A stretch of 64,000 nucleotides of DNA, from the NCBI GenBank assembly GCA_003568415.1, contig PWXV01000058.1, positions 1,952-65,951 on the forward strand, read 5' to 3'. Positions 42,661-52,490 of this stretch are shown in pieces. Below the pieces are notes generated by a model. It did not search any database and was not told the DNA's origin. It saw only the letters and a program-made list of their open reading frames with translations. The number at the start of each line of letters is the position of its first letter. Position 1 is the first letter of the stretch. The translations under genes were made by a program, and so were the position numbers. This DNA comes from Ignavibacteriales bacterium. Its GTDB lineage: Bacteria; Bacteroidota; Ignavibacteria; T3Sed10-11.

Positions 42661-45074
42661 ATATCATAACGAAGCATAAGTTGCGATACCATATCATTCC
42701 GGGCATCCGGATTCAGGAGGTAATCTGCCTGAAACACGACCGAGAGGTTTCGCATAAAATAATACTGTGCTCCGGCTTGGAAGATCGTCCGGTTATAATC
42801 GCCGAATGTCGGAATAAACGATGCATTGATTCTAAGATCGTCTTCGAGAAACCGGTATTCACCGCCGAGGATAATGTTATAGTAATCAAAATTGGTTTGA
42901 ACAAATTGTCCCTGACCGTTGTCTTCTTCAGGAGCTTGAAAGAAAGGAATTTTACTGTGATACATACCGAGACCGATTGTTGTTCGGAGCGGCAGGTCGT
43001 CAAAACGGCTGTTCACCATAGCAATTACATTATAGATATCAACGTCTGCGTCACGGTCTGTTTGATCATCACGAAGTGACATATTAAATGAAATTGAACC
43101 GTTGTGATGTGCCCGCCAGAAAAAGTTATGGGATAATTGAGTGAAAAACCGGTTTGTGACATCGCGTATCGCCATCGGTTCCATCAGTGCGACATTATTA
43201 TCATTTTTATAATATCCATATCCTACAGAAATAGACGGAAAATCGCGTCGCGGATAATATGAAACAGAAGCATCATATCTGTTAAAATGAGTTGTATGGG
43301 CCTTCGTATCGTGCAGGTTGTCACGTAAACTTTCCACAGAGACGTCAAAGTATAATTGATTTTCCATTACCCTGAGCCGATCGCGTACTCGTATACCGGC
43401 CACATCGCGTCTGAGGGCAGCCAATCCGAATGAATTATAATCGTTCCCCCGTCTTATGTATCCGATTTGTAAATTGTTCCCGAAATAATTTAACCGCAAA
43501 TTAAGATCCATGGCAAGGGATGATAGTTGTGTTGGATCGAATGGAACGAGGTATTGATTGACGGTGATAAAACTCTGTAACGTTGACAATGAGATAACAT
43601 CCTCAAGCTGTTCCACAGCGCCGCCACCCATCAACTCATCCAGCTCTTCGCGTGTAAGATTGCCCCGTGATATATCGGTGTTTTGCATGCTTCCTGCAAT
43701 TTCACCGACGAACTGTATTCTTCGGCGGTCAAGTGATACTCGCAAGTCGCTGCCGACAACCAGATTTTCAGCAGGCCGTCTGCCGAACTCCACCGAACCT
43801 ACATCGTCTTGTGAATGAAGATAGGTAAAACCTATTTGAACAAAATCACGGCTGCCAAAACTTGGTCTGATTGCTGTTAATGTCCGTGTATGAGTTCCAA
43901 ATCTAAATACTGCATAGGTAGAATCATCGACGAGGATGCTGTTGGAGGGAGGTTGAATTGCAAAACCGTCCTCATCAAATGCTGCTATACGATCCAGCTC
44001 ATTTCCTTCAACGCCGCGTATTGTCTGTCCTGTTGCATATTCAAGATTAAACCACCCCAGTTCAAGTTCGCCGAAGAAACCGCGAAGACGTCGTCCGTTC
44101 ATAATTAAAGATGGAAAACGCGGATAAGTATCACCGGCGTGAAGTCGAAGCCAGGGCATTTCGGCTGAGAATGAATACCGGTTCTGTGGCTGCCTGAAAC
44201 TGCGTTCTTCATTTGTTACATGAAGATTCGAGCGAAAACGTACCCAGGGTAACCGTCCGTCGAAGGTAACCGTACTGCGATTATACCATGTCGATGCACC
44301 TCCGAACGATTCGTTGCGGGATTCACCTCGCATTGAAACATCATAGCGAAAATCCTGGGTAACGGGATCGATTGTGGGTACACCGGTTAAATTAAACCTC
44401 CAGGAAAATGAGTGAACTTCACCGGTATTTCTTTCTTGCAATGCTAACCGGATTGTTTGTTGGCCGCCCGGTAATTCGAGTCCATCGATATTTGCAGGAA
44501 CGGCGATGAGTATATCACCGGAGATTATTGTATGGCCTGTTATATCCTTGTCACTGATGAAGACCTGTGTTTCGTCTTTAGTATATTTGTCAGGAAGTTC
44601 GAAAAGTGATACCGAAACAACGAGATCCTGAAACTCGACGGTTTCATTTTCCTGGGGACTGAGGATTATAATTTCATCCCGTAACCGTGTTACCGATGTA
44701 ACCGGTGCCATTTCGGGATGATACTCAGGATCGGTTACCGGATAGGTATGTTCTGAACCATCATTGGAAATAAGTTTAATGTAATATTCAATGTGAGGAG
44801 GTGACACATTCTCTTCGGGTATAACGGCAGTAGCCGAATTTCCGGCGACGGTCATCTCAATCGGGGTATACTCGGATGAACCGAATTGCCGGTACATTAA
44901 AAATATTTCCTGAATTCCTCCAGCGCGTATTAGGTCAACGCGAATTTCAAGTGAGGTTTCTTCAGTTGCTTCCTGATGGTGAACGGATAGAAAATAATCG
45001 GATGGCTGCGCACTACTATACAATGAAGCAGACACCGAGATAACAATGATAAAAAATGCGCGGGGGATTCGCAT
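42657..45074 (-). CDS. 805-aa predicted outer-membrane protein (signal peptide + N-terminal domains + beta-rich C-terminal region)
   Basis: Strong RBS (GAGGAGG). Signal peptide MRIPRAFFIIVISVSASLYSSAQ. Aromatic-rich alternating pattern throughout the C-terminal 550 aa. Overlaps the cyclase start by 4 nt. Confidence 0.55.
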   Translation of the reverse strand: MRIPRAFFIIVISVSASLYSSAQPSDYFLSVHHQEATEETSLEIRVDLIRAGGIQEIFLMYRQFGSSEYTPIEMTVAGNSATAVIPEENVSPPHIEYYIKLISNDGSEHTYPVTDPEYHPEMAPVTSVTRLRDEIIILSPQENETVEFQDLVVSVSLFELPDKYTKDETQVFISDKDITGHTIISGDILIAVPANIDGLELPGGQQTIRLALQERNTGEVHSFSWRFNLTGVPTIDPVTQDFRYDVSMRGESRNESFGGASTWYNRSTVTFDGRLPWVRFRSNLHVTNEERSFRQPQNRYSFSAEMPWLRLHAGDTYPRFPSLIMNGRRLRGFFGELELGWFNLEYATGQTIRGVEGNELDRIAAFDEDGFAIQPPSNSILVDDSTYAVFRFGTHTRTLTAIRPSFGSRDFVQIGFTYLHSQDDVGSVEFGRRPAENLVVGSDLRVSLDRRRIQFVGEIAGSMQNTDISRGNLTREELDELMGGGAVEQLEDVISLSTLQSFITVNQYLVPFDPTQLSSLAMDLNLRLNYFGNNLQIGYIRRGNDYNSFGLAALRRDVAGIRVRDRLRVMENQLYFDVSVESLRDNLHDTKAHTTHFNRYDASVSYYPRRDFPSISVGYGYYKNDNNVALMEPMAIRDVTNRFFTQLSHNFFWRAHHNGSISFNMSLRDDQTDRDADVDIYNVIAMVNSRFDDLPLRTTIGLGMYHSKIPFFQAPEEDNGQGQFVQTNFDYYNIILGGEYRFLEDDLRINASFIPTFGDYNRTIFQAGAQYYFMRNLSVVFQADYLLNPDARNDMVSQLMLRYDI

Positions 45075-45122
45075 TACCTCCTCGGTTAGTACTGATGAAT
45101 AATAAGTTATAGAGAATTTACA

Positions 45123-45872
45123 TTATTGATCTGTTTTATCTTCTTCGTATTCAATGATTAATGTTCGTGGATTTCCATCCTCATCCATAGTACGAATCTC
45201 GATAGTTCTCTGCTGCCGTTCACCAGGTGTATCGTCTAACTCATCGCCCGGTTCTCCGTATTCTTCGAGATCATCATCGGTAAGCTCACGTTTTTCTAAG
45301 TTCCCGTCGGAGAATGAAAATGCAATTTCACCGCCATATACTTCAATCTCTTCGCCCGTGATCCTATTGAGAAACATAGCGAGCCCGGTTACCATCAACA
45401 GTACGTCCGCTTGGCCCGGTCTAACGATTAGTATCCCGGTCGAACCGCGAATCGATGCGACCGAAGTAGGCGTTGAGAATTCAAACCGGTCGGCTTCTTT
45501 TTTCCTGACATCGAAACTAACCGAACCCTCATCTACTTCAATATCACGATGATAGTTATCGCGGTCCCGGTCTGCATAGACAGTAACCTCTGATAATTCA
45601 CGAACACGAAGTAAACTGTTATCGTAAAATCTGATTAATGAAAACGATCCTGCTCCTGTTTTGACGATATCGCCTGAATTAAGCAGGTCACCGATCTTTG
45701 CCGTTTGCCAATCAATCTCGGGTGATCGGCGCTCCACTATTTCAACAACCCGGTTAACCAGGGCAATCGTTGGCCGCTCATCGTTATTTTCATTCTCGCC
45801 GGCTCCTACAATATCCCCCGGAAGAGCCAGCCAAAAAGCCAAAAGAACTGTTGTCAGTAATATAGTACGCAT
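45123..45872 (-). CDS. FecR-domain protein (secreted)
   Basis: FecR-like beta-sandwich motif GDIVKTGAGSFSLIRFYDNSLLRVRELSEV. ATG at 45872 gives the signal peptide MRTILLTTVLLAFWLALPG; the track's TTG start is at 45905. Confidence 0.7.
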   Translation of the reverse strand: MRTILLTTVLLAFWLALPGDIVGAGENENNDERPTIALVNRVVEIVERRSPEIDWQTAKIGDLLNSGDIVKTGAGSFSLIRFYDNSLLRVRELSEVTVYADRDRDNYHRDIEVDEGSVSFDVRKKEADRFEFSTPTSVASIRGSTGILIVRPGQADVLLMVTGLAMFLNRITGEEIEVYGGEIAFSFSDGNLEKRELTDDDLEEYGEPGDELDDTPGERQQRTIEIRTMDEDGNPRTLIIEYEEDKTDQ

Positions 45873-45908
45873 AATATAAATCCCCTGTGTTAGATTTCCA
45901 TCCAATTA

Positions 45909-47087
45909 TTATTCCTGAAATGAAACATTCAAAATTTCCGGATTGTTGACGCCGGCACGAATTGCATTGATAACCATCTGGAGTTCCTCGCCTGTGATTT
46001 GTGAACCATCGAGGAATATTTGTTCAATGTCTTCGTAATTCCCCCGCTCGATTTCTTCGACAATATGTGGGTGTCGTTCTTCAAGTAATTGCCGGAGTTC
46101 GATCCACAAAACATTTCGTGCACTTTCGTGTGCCGGATCCACCACCGTGAAGGTATGCAGATCGCTTAGAATCCCTTCTTCTCTGTTTGCGCTGGTTTTA
46201 TACAATCCTTCGAGATACCATACATATTGCATGCCGGGTTCCAGTGCTCTGACGCCTGCTCCGGTTTGTGGATAGGTCAGTTGATTGTTATTGGAAACTC
46301 TCTGTTCGAGGTGCGGAATTCCTGTTATTGCTTCCTCAGGAGAGCGAACACCGGGACGTTTCTCAAATACACGCAGTACAACTTCACGGGTATCCGAGCG
46401 CCATTGGAAATGCGGAAACTGTGAAACGATTCGGGCACCATCCATAGGTGTTAATAACTCAACCCGTGTTGGATTTATAATATGGAGCTCTCTTGATATT
46501 TGATCAAGCATTGTTCTCGGTTGATATGGCTCGGTATCACGTTCAGTATAATAGGCAGTCAGTGTGAAGGTGTAAATACCATCGGGAACCCGTGACGTAG
46601 CCCGGATTGCATCAACGATATCCTGTGCATGGCCCGAATTTCCGGAGATATCGATAGTCTCGGATCTATACAGTTCAAGCCGGCCGCCCTGACCGAGATC
46701 GCGGCTGGTGAAAAACCGTGGTTGATTTGCTTCAAGACTGATCGGTTTTGTTAATCCCGAAAAGAGTTCAACCTCACCCTGCGCAACCTCGGTATCTGCA
46801 GTCAGGTCAATGCCGAACATAATGTTTGCAGGTTGATCCGATGTGATATTCATAGAAAAAAATATCGGGCTCTGTGGTGATAGTACCAGATTTTGGAGGT
46901 TAAATGCAACATCGCCAATATAAAATACATCCACATCAATAACCTGTGCACTAAATGTGATGTTTACATTGGGATGTGGTTGTGCTTGTACCTGTTGATG
47001 AGAACCACCTGCCAACAGTATGCCTAGCAGGCACAACGCTATGGTTCCCCTGATAAAAGAATTAAACATCGAATTACGCAGCCGCAT
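45909..47087 (-). CDS. hypothetical secreted protein
   Basis: ATG at 47087 preceded by AAAGGGGG. Signal peptide MRLRNSMFNSFIRGTIALCLLGILLAGG. No recognised domain. Ends 3 nt before the FecR-domain gene. Confidence 0.5.
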   Translation of the reverse strand: MRLRNSMFNSFIRGTIALCLLGILLAGGSHQQVQAQPHPNVNITFSAQVIDVDVFYIGDVAFNLQNLVLSPQSPIFFSMNITSDQPANIMFGIDLTADTEVAQGEVELFSGLTKPISLEANQPRFFTSRDLGQGGRLELYRSETIDISGNSGHAQDIVDAIRATSRVPDGIYTFTLTAYYTERDTEPYQPRTMLDQISRELHIINPTRVELLTPMDGARIVSQFPHFQWRSDTREVVLRVFEKRPGVRSPEEAITGIPHLEQRVSNNNQLTYPQTGAGVRALEPGMQYVWYLEGLYKTSANREEGILSDLHTFTVVDPAHESARNVLWIELRQLLEERHPHIVEEIERGNYEDIEQIFLDGSQITGEELQMVINAIRAGVNNPEILNVSFQE

Positions 47088-47217
47088 AATTGCCCCCTTT
47101 TTCAATTAAAATAATGGTCATACTAATTTTTGACCTTGCTTTAGTAGTTTCATACTACTATATAGTTATATGAAATCACCTTTATCTGCCGTGTTTTAGA
47201 GCACAGTGTGATGGTTG

Positions 47218-48534
47218 TCACAATCGCATAATGTCATTATAGATGACAAACGCCATTAAGGCAAGTATAAGCACAAATCCTATTTGTTGCAATGCAATTT
47301 GTACTTTTGCAGGTACCTCTCTACCGACGATCATTTCATACACCAGATACATCAGATGGCCGCCATCCAGCACCGGGAACGGCAGAATATTGATGAATGC
47401 AATCATAATACTGAGCAATCCGACAAAGGATAAAAATGAAATGATTCCCGCTTGTGCAGTTTGAGAAGCGAGATTTGCAATCATAATCGGACCACCCACA
47501 TTTTCACTGAATGACAGGGTTCCCGTAATCATCATCCAGATTGATCGAAGCAATAAACCGAGCATTTCAAACATATCGTTTAATCCGGCAGGTATTGCTG
47601 CGAAAAATCCGTACTGAATGTGATGTACGGGGCCGGTATATTCTCTGCCGATCCCAATACCAATGCGTCCCTCATCCGTGGGGATGACACTCCCCATAAG
47701 AACCTCACCGTTGCGTTCCCATTCAATGGTTATTTCCTGTCCGGCATGTGCTGATATGATCTGAATTACCTGCTGTTCGTTTGTGATCGGTTCACCGTTT
47801 ATGGTGACAAACCGGTCGCCCGCCTCCATACCGACTTCCTCTGCAGGTGAACCTGACATCACCTGTGTAGCCACAGCTCTGGTATGTTGCTGTACCATAC
47901 CGAATTGTTCCTGGGGTGAGGAAATGTTTTCACGTGCAGGCAGCGTAAGGGTTTGCTGAACACCTTCACGTTCTACAACGAATGTTATCTCCTGGCCGAT
48001 TGCTTCGGCGTTAACAACCCGCTGGACTTCGCCCCAGTGTTTGATTTCCCGGTTGTTTATTTGAAGTATTTGATCCTCCGGCTGCAATCCGGCCATATAT
48101 GCAGGAGATTCCGGTGCAACATACCCGATCGTTGTGGTATCTTCAACATGTTGTCCCTGGGTGAAATTGATGCCCCAGAAAATCATGACGGCAACGATTG
48201 CATTCATCAAAACACCGGCGCTAATAACGAACATTCGCTGGTATATCGGTTTCGACCGGTATTCCCAGGGTTGGGGTTCCTGTTTTTGAAATTCGGTATC
48301 CAAACTTTCATCAACCATACCGCTGATCTTCACATATCCGCCGAGCGGAATAAGTGCCAGGGTATATTCTGTATCGCCGTATTTTTTACTGATAAGTTTC
48401 GGTGGAAAACCAATTGAAAACTTTTCAACGCGCATGCCACACAGTTTTGCTGCAAGAAAATGCCCGAGTTCGTGGACAAAGATAATTATTCCGATTGTTA
48501 TCAAAAAGTAAAAAACGGCAGAAAGTATATCCAT
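47218..48534 (-). CDS. rseP: RIP metalloprotease RseP (site-2 protease with PDZ domains)
   Basis: HELGHF zinc motif in TM1, two PDZ-like regions, and a C-terminal LDGG motif. ATG at 48534 lies 4 nt after the dxr stop; the alternative ATG at 48558 would overlap dxr by 20 nt. Confidence 0.85.
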   Translation of the reverse strand: MDILSAVFYFLITIGIIIFVHELGHFLAAKLCGMRVEKFSIGFPPKLISKKYGDTEYTLALIPLGGYVKISGMVDESLDTEFQKQEPQPWEYRSKPIYQRMFVISAGVLMNAIVAVMIFWGINFTQGQHVEDTTTIGYVAPESPAYMAGLQPEDQILQINNREIKHWGEVQRVVNAEAIGQEITFVVEREGVQQTLTLPARENISSPQEQFGMVQQHTRAVATQVMSGSPAEEVGMEAGDRFVTINGEPITNEQQVIQIISAHAGQEITIEWERNGEVLMGSVIPTDEGRIGIGIGREYTGPVHHIQYGFFAAIPAGLNDMFEMLGLLLRSIWMMITGTLSFSENVGGPIMIANLASQTAQAGIISFLSFVGLLSIMIAFINILPFPVLDGGHLMYLVYEMIVGREVPAKVQIALQQIGFVLILALMAFVIYNDIMRL

Positions 48535-48538
48535 AAAA

Positions 48539-49702
48539 TCACTCGCTCCTTCGATCATTTTGTATTAAAGACCTTACACGCTTGCGCGTTTCACGGTCTG
48601 TTTCTTCTATAACGTGTAATGACGGATTCATAATAGTTGTATGATCGTTCATTGCTTGTTCAATATATGCAGGGATCTGCATAAATGTAATTTCATTATT
48701 TAAAAACGCATGGACGGCTATTTCATTTGCCGCGTTTAACACCGTCGGCATCGTGCCGCCTGCCTGCATTGCCTCAAGCGCTAACCGGAGACAGGGAAAC
48801 TGTTTCATATCCGGTTCTTGAAATGCCATTGTACCTGTCCTGGTAAAATTTACCCGTTCAAAACTTGATACCGTACGTTCGGGATACGTGAGCGCATATT
48901 GGATCGGTATTTTCATATCCGGTACACCCAGTTGTGCTTTGACCGATCCGTCTATAAATTCCACCATCGAATGAATGATTGATTGCGGATGTATGACAAC
49001 CTCGATTTTATCGGCCGGAATCCCGAACAAATGGTGTGCCTCAATTACTTCGAGACCTTTATTCATAAGCGTGGCCGAGTCGATGGTTATTTTATTGCCC
49101 ATTTTCCAGTTCGGGTGATTCAGAGCCTCATCAACGGTGACCGTTTCCAACCTTTCAATCGGTGTGTTGAGGAATGGACCTCCCGATGCAGTGAGGATTA
49201 CCTTGGCGACCGTTGCGGGGTCTTCACCTATCAAACACTGCAAAATTGCACTGTGTTCACTATCGACCGGAATTATTGAAACATTGTTTTCATGTGCCAG
49301 TGTCATTATAAGCTCGCCGGCAACGACTAATGTCTCCTTATTTGCCAGGGCAATGGTTTTTCCGGCTTTAATGGCCTTTATAGTTGGCCGAAGCCCGGCA
49401 AATCCGACAAGGGAACTGATTACAATATCCGTGTCATCGCGCTGCACGATTTCTTCAACGCCCTCTAAACCGGTGAGGATTTCGGTCGTGCCATTGACCA
49501 GCTTTTGCAGGACCGATGCGGCACAATCGTCAATAACTGCTACACCCCGCGGATTATATTGCGCAATCTGCTTTTCGAGCAGATTAATATTTTTATTCGC
49601 AATTAAATATGAAACCCTGTACCGATCCGGATTTTGTGCAATAACATCAAGACTGCTTGTTCCGATAGATCCTGTGGATCCCAGAATTGCTATATTTTTC
49701 AT
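48539..49702 (-). CDS. dxr: 1-deoxy-D-xylulose 5-phosphate reductoisomerase
   Basis: N-terminal NADPH fold MKNIAILGSTGSIGTSSLDV and the Dxr catalytic region (LANKE...DSEHSA). Confidence 0.9.
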   Translation of the reverse strand: MKNIAILGSTGSIGTSSLDVIAQNPDRYRVSYLIANKNINLLEKQIAQYNPRGVAVIDDCAASVLQKLVNGTTEILTGLEGVEEIVQRDDTDIVISSLVGFAGLRPTIKAIKAGKTIALANKETLVVAGELIMTLAHENNVSIIPVDSEHSAILQCLIGEDPATVAKVILTASGGPFLNTPIERLETVTVDEALNHPNWKMGNKITIDSATLMNKGLEVIEAHHLFGIPADKIEVVIHPQSIIHSMVEFIDGSVKAQLGVPDMKIPIQYALTYPERTVSSFERVNFTRTGTMAFQEPDMKQFPCLRLALEAMQAGGTMPTVLNAANEIAVHAFLNNEITFMQIPAYIEQAMNDHTTIMNPSLHVIEETDRETRKRVRSLIQNDRRSE

Positions 49703-50287
49703 TCCCTCACATCCGGTTTTTTAAAAGTTTCTAATCATACTAATGTAGTAAAACCTGAGCTCGAAATCAAGAAAATTAATTTTCGCTTAATTGTTGTTTT
49801 TATTCGATTTATTGTTGATTGTAGTTTAGATAGATTCCATTAAACACAATAAAATTTGACTTTTAATAAATTTCTTGTAATTTAGTGTATTCATGACGTT
49901 AGTAAAGTAGCAAATATATCCTGTCATTAGTCAACTTTTTGTTTACCCGTCTTCGATATATACAATAGGTAACACTTACTATTGCTTATTTATTTGTATA
50001 TATATAATTAATTGTTGAATTTTTTAAAAAGGTAATTTATCGAACATCTTTACAGCGAGTTCCTTGATAATAAAATTCTTCCTATGAGGGCAAATACCCA
50101 AAGTTTTCTTCGCCCATCATTTTACAACTAAAGCAACACCTTAATACAGATACCGTTTATGCAGTTCCGAATTTTTATGTTGAAATTTGAACTGTAATGG
50201 TTGAATCTGTGTTAACCCAAACTGCCGCCTGTAAAAAGGTGGTTGAAGTACGTTATATAAATATCAATAAAAAAAGGAGGCAAAAAA

Positions 50288-51517
50288 ATGCAGTTTTTAC
50301 AGAGGATGTTGATTTTTGCGATGGCACTATTTATTGTAAAATCAGGTGGAGTTACAGGTGTCGCACAGGCAGAGGATAGTCCTTCACTACACGTTGGAGG
50401 AGCGGTACGATATAATATCCTTTTAGCGAGTTATGAAAGCGATATCGACGCAAACAGCTCCCAGTTTACGTGGGATACCTGGCGGGTAAATGTTATATAC
50501 GATAATCCGGGTGGAATCGGTTTAAATTTTGAATATCGTTTTTACCCGACATTCGGTACGCATTTCATCAAACAAGGTTGGCTGCAATACGATTTTTCAG
50601 AATCCACACAAATGCAGCTTGGTGTAACGCAAACCCCGTTTGGCAATCTTCAGTACAATTCACATAACTGGTGGTTCAGTCTTCCGTATTATGTTGGCTT
50701 GGAAGACGACCATGATATGGGTGTAAAGATAACCCATCATTCCAGCAACTGGCAATGGGATTTCGCGTATTTCTTCCAACCGGAACCTGAAGGCCCATCA
50801 TTTGGCGGCGAATCAAACTTTGGTTTTGGCGGTGCAGGCCGGTATTCATACGATGTGATACCCGGTGGAAACGCATCATTGACAGAAAGAAATCAATTTA
50901 ACGTTCGCGGTGCTTATCAGTTTGACGGCGGTGAGATTGGTGCATCGGTTCAGTTCGGACAACTCTACAGTCAAGCACTGGATCAATTTGACAGCAGATA
51001 TGCCTTTGCCGTTCACGGACGCTTCACCTCCGGTAACTGGGGAATTCTTCCGCAATTCTTATATTACGGCTATGATGCATTCGATAATGACGGAAATGAA
51101 ATTTCCACCGTTTATATGGGTGCTTATGGTATTCCCTATGAAGTATCGACTGAAGCATGGATTGCCACACTTGGTATATCCTACTCGTATGATGTTGATT
51201 GGGGTCCTATTACAAACCTGATGTTCTATAACGATTTCAGTTATATGGAAAATCAAGTTGGTGAGGGTACTACCCAGCTTGCAAGCGGAGAATCACTTAC
51301 TCTGACCGATAATTTTCAATCCACAATACAAAATATCACCGGGTTTCTGGTTTCTGCCGGACCGGTATTTACCTATTTCGATATCGCACAGGGTATTAAT
51401 CAACCCTGGCTGACCGATGCATTTGGTGTTGGTGTAGGGCCAGGCCATGAAGATCTTGGACTTGGTGACTCAGAATACAATATCCGATTTAACATCAATA
51501 TCGGATTCTATTTCTAA
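50288..51517 (+). CDS. putative outer-membrane porin (beta-barrel, C-terminal Phe)
   Basis: AAGGAGG RBS. Signal peptide ...GVAQA. Alternating hydrophobic/aromatic pattern, ending NINIGFYF. Heads the osmolyte-transport cluster. Confidence 0.5.
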   Translation: MQFLQRMLIFAMALFIVKSGGVTGVAQAEDSPSLHVGGAVRYNILLASYESDIDANSSQFTWDTWRVNVIYDNPGGIGLNFEYRFYPTFGTHFIKQGWLQYDFSESTQMQLGVTQTPFGNLQYNSHNWWFSLPYYVGLEDDHDMGVKITHHSSNWQWDFAYFFQPEPEGPSFGGESNFGFGGAGRYSYDVIPGGNASLTERNQFNVRGAYQFDGGEIGASVQFGQLYSQALDQFDSRYAFAVHGRFTSGNWGILPQFLYYGYDAFDNDGNEISTVYMGAYGIPYEVSTEAWIATLGISYSYDVDWGPITNLMFYNDFSYMENQVGEGTTQLASGESLTLTDNFQSTIQNITGFLVSAGPVFTYFDIAQGINQPWLTDAFGVGVGPGHEDLGLGDSEYNIRFNINIGFYF

Positions 51518-51547
51518 ATGTACAATTAATATGAACGGAGGTTCACT

Positions 51548-52411
51548 ATGAATAAGAAGAGTAAACTGTCAATGACGACAGTAATTGGCTTTGCGCTGGT
51601 TTTCGCAATTATGTTCGGTTTGAACTCATGCGCGCCGGCTGAAGATGAAATCCATCTCGGCTATGTTCTCTGGGATTCAGAGATAGCATCGACACACGTT
51701 GTTGCTGCCATTCTTGAAGATGATCTCGGCTACAATGTACGGTTAACATCAGTTGATGCTGGTCCGATGTGGACCGGTTTAGCACGGGGTGATTTCGATG
51801 CAATGGTTGCAGCATGGCTGCCCGCAACACACGAAGCATATCTCGAGCAAACGCAGGATCGGGTTCGTGATCTCGGACCGAATCTTGACGGCGCAAAAAT
51901 CGGTTGGGTTGTACCGCAATATGTACCTGTTAACAGCATTGATGAACTCAACGATTACGTCGATGAGTTTGACGGTGAAGTTATCGGTATCGATCCGGGC
52001 GCCGGCCTGATGGCGGCAAGCGATAGGGCGATGGATGAATATGATCTTAACTATACGCTTGTTGAAGGATCAGATGCTGCCATGACCGCCGCTCTTGATC
52101 GGGCATATGATCGTGAAGAATGGATTATCGTTACCGGCTGGATACCACACTGGAAGTTCGCAGCGTATGATCTGAAGTTCCTCGATGACCCGCTCGGTAC
52201 ATTCGGTGAAGCAGAGTCGATCCATACTATCGTAACGCCGGACCTCGACGAGCGGATGCCCGAAGCATTTGCTTTCCTGGATAACTTCTACTGGACGGCT
52301 GAAGATATGGGTGAAGTTATGATCATGGTCGAAGACGGTATGGAGCCTTTTGATGCAGCACGAGCGTGGATAGCCGATAACCGTGATAAAGTAGAAACAT
52401 GGTTACCGTAA
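51548..52411 (+). CDS. opuAC: glycine betaine/proline ABC transporter substrate-binding lipoprotein (OpuAC/ProX family)
   Basis: Lipobox LNSCA. HLGYVLWDSEIASTHV...DAMVAAWLP...IVTGWIPHWKF, the OpuAC-fold aromatic cage. Confidence 0.85.
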   Translation: MNKKSKLSMTTVIGFALVFAIMFGLNSCAPAEDEIHLGYVLWDSEIASTHVVAAILEDDLGYNVRLTSVDAGPMWTGLARGDFDAMVAAWLPATHEAYLEQTQDRVRDLGPNLDGAKIGWVVPQYVPVNSIDELNDYVDEFDGEVIGIDPGAGLMAASDRAMDEYDLNYTLVEGSDAAMTAALDRAYDREEWIIVTGWIPHWKFAAYDLKFLDDPLGTFGEAESIHTIVTPDLDERMPEAFAFLDNFYWTAEDMGEVMIMVEDGMEPFDAARAWIADNRDKVETWLP

Positions 52412-52424
52412 TCTAACGTAATTC

Positions 52425-52460
52425 AGAGAGCGGGAAAACCTCCCGCTCTCTTTTTTTATT
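52425..52460 (+). terminator. intrinsic terminator/attenuator between opuAC and opuAA
   Basis: AGAGAGCGGGA-AAACC-TCCCGCTCTCT, an 11-bp stem, followed by TTTTTTT. Confidence 0.7.
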
Positions 52461-52490
52461 TAATCCGTGAAAAACATTACAAAGAAATTT

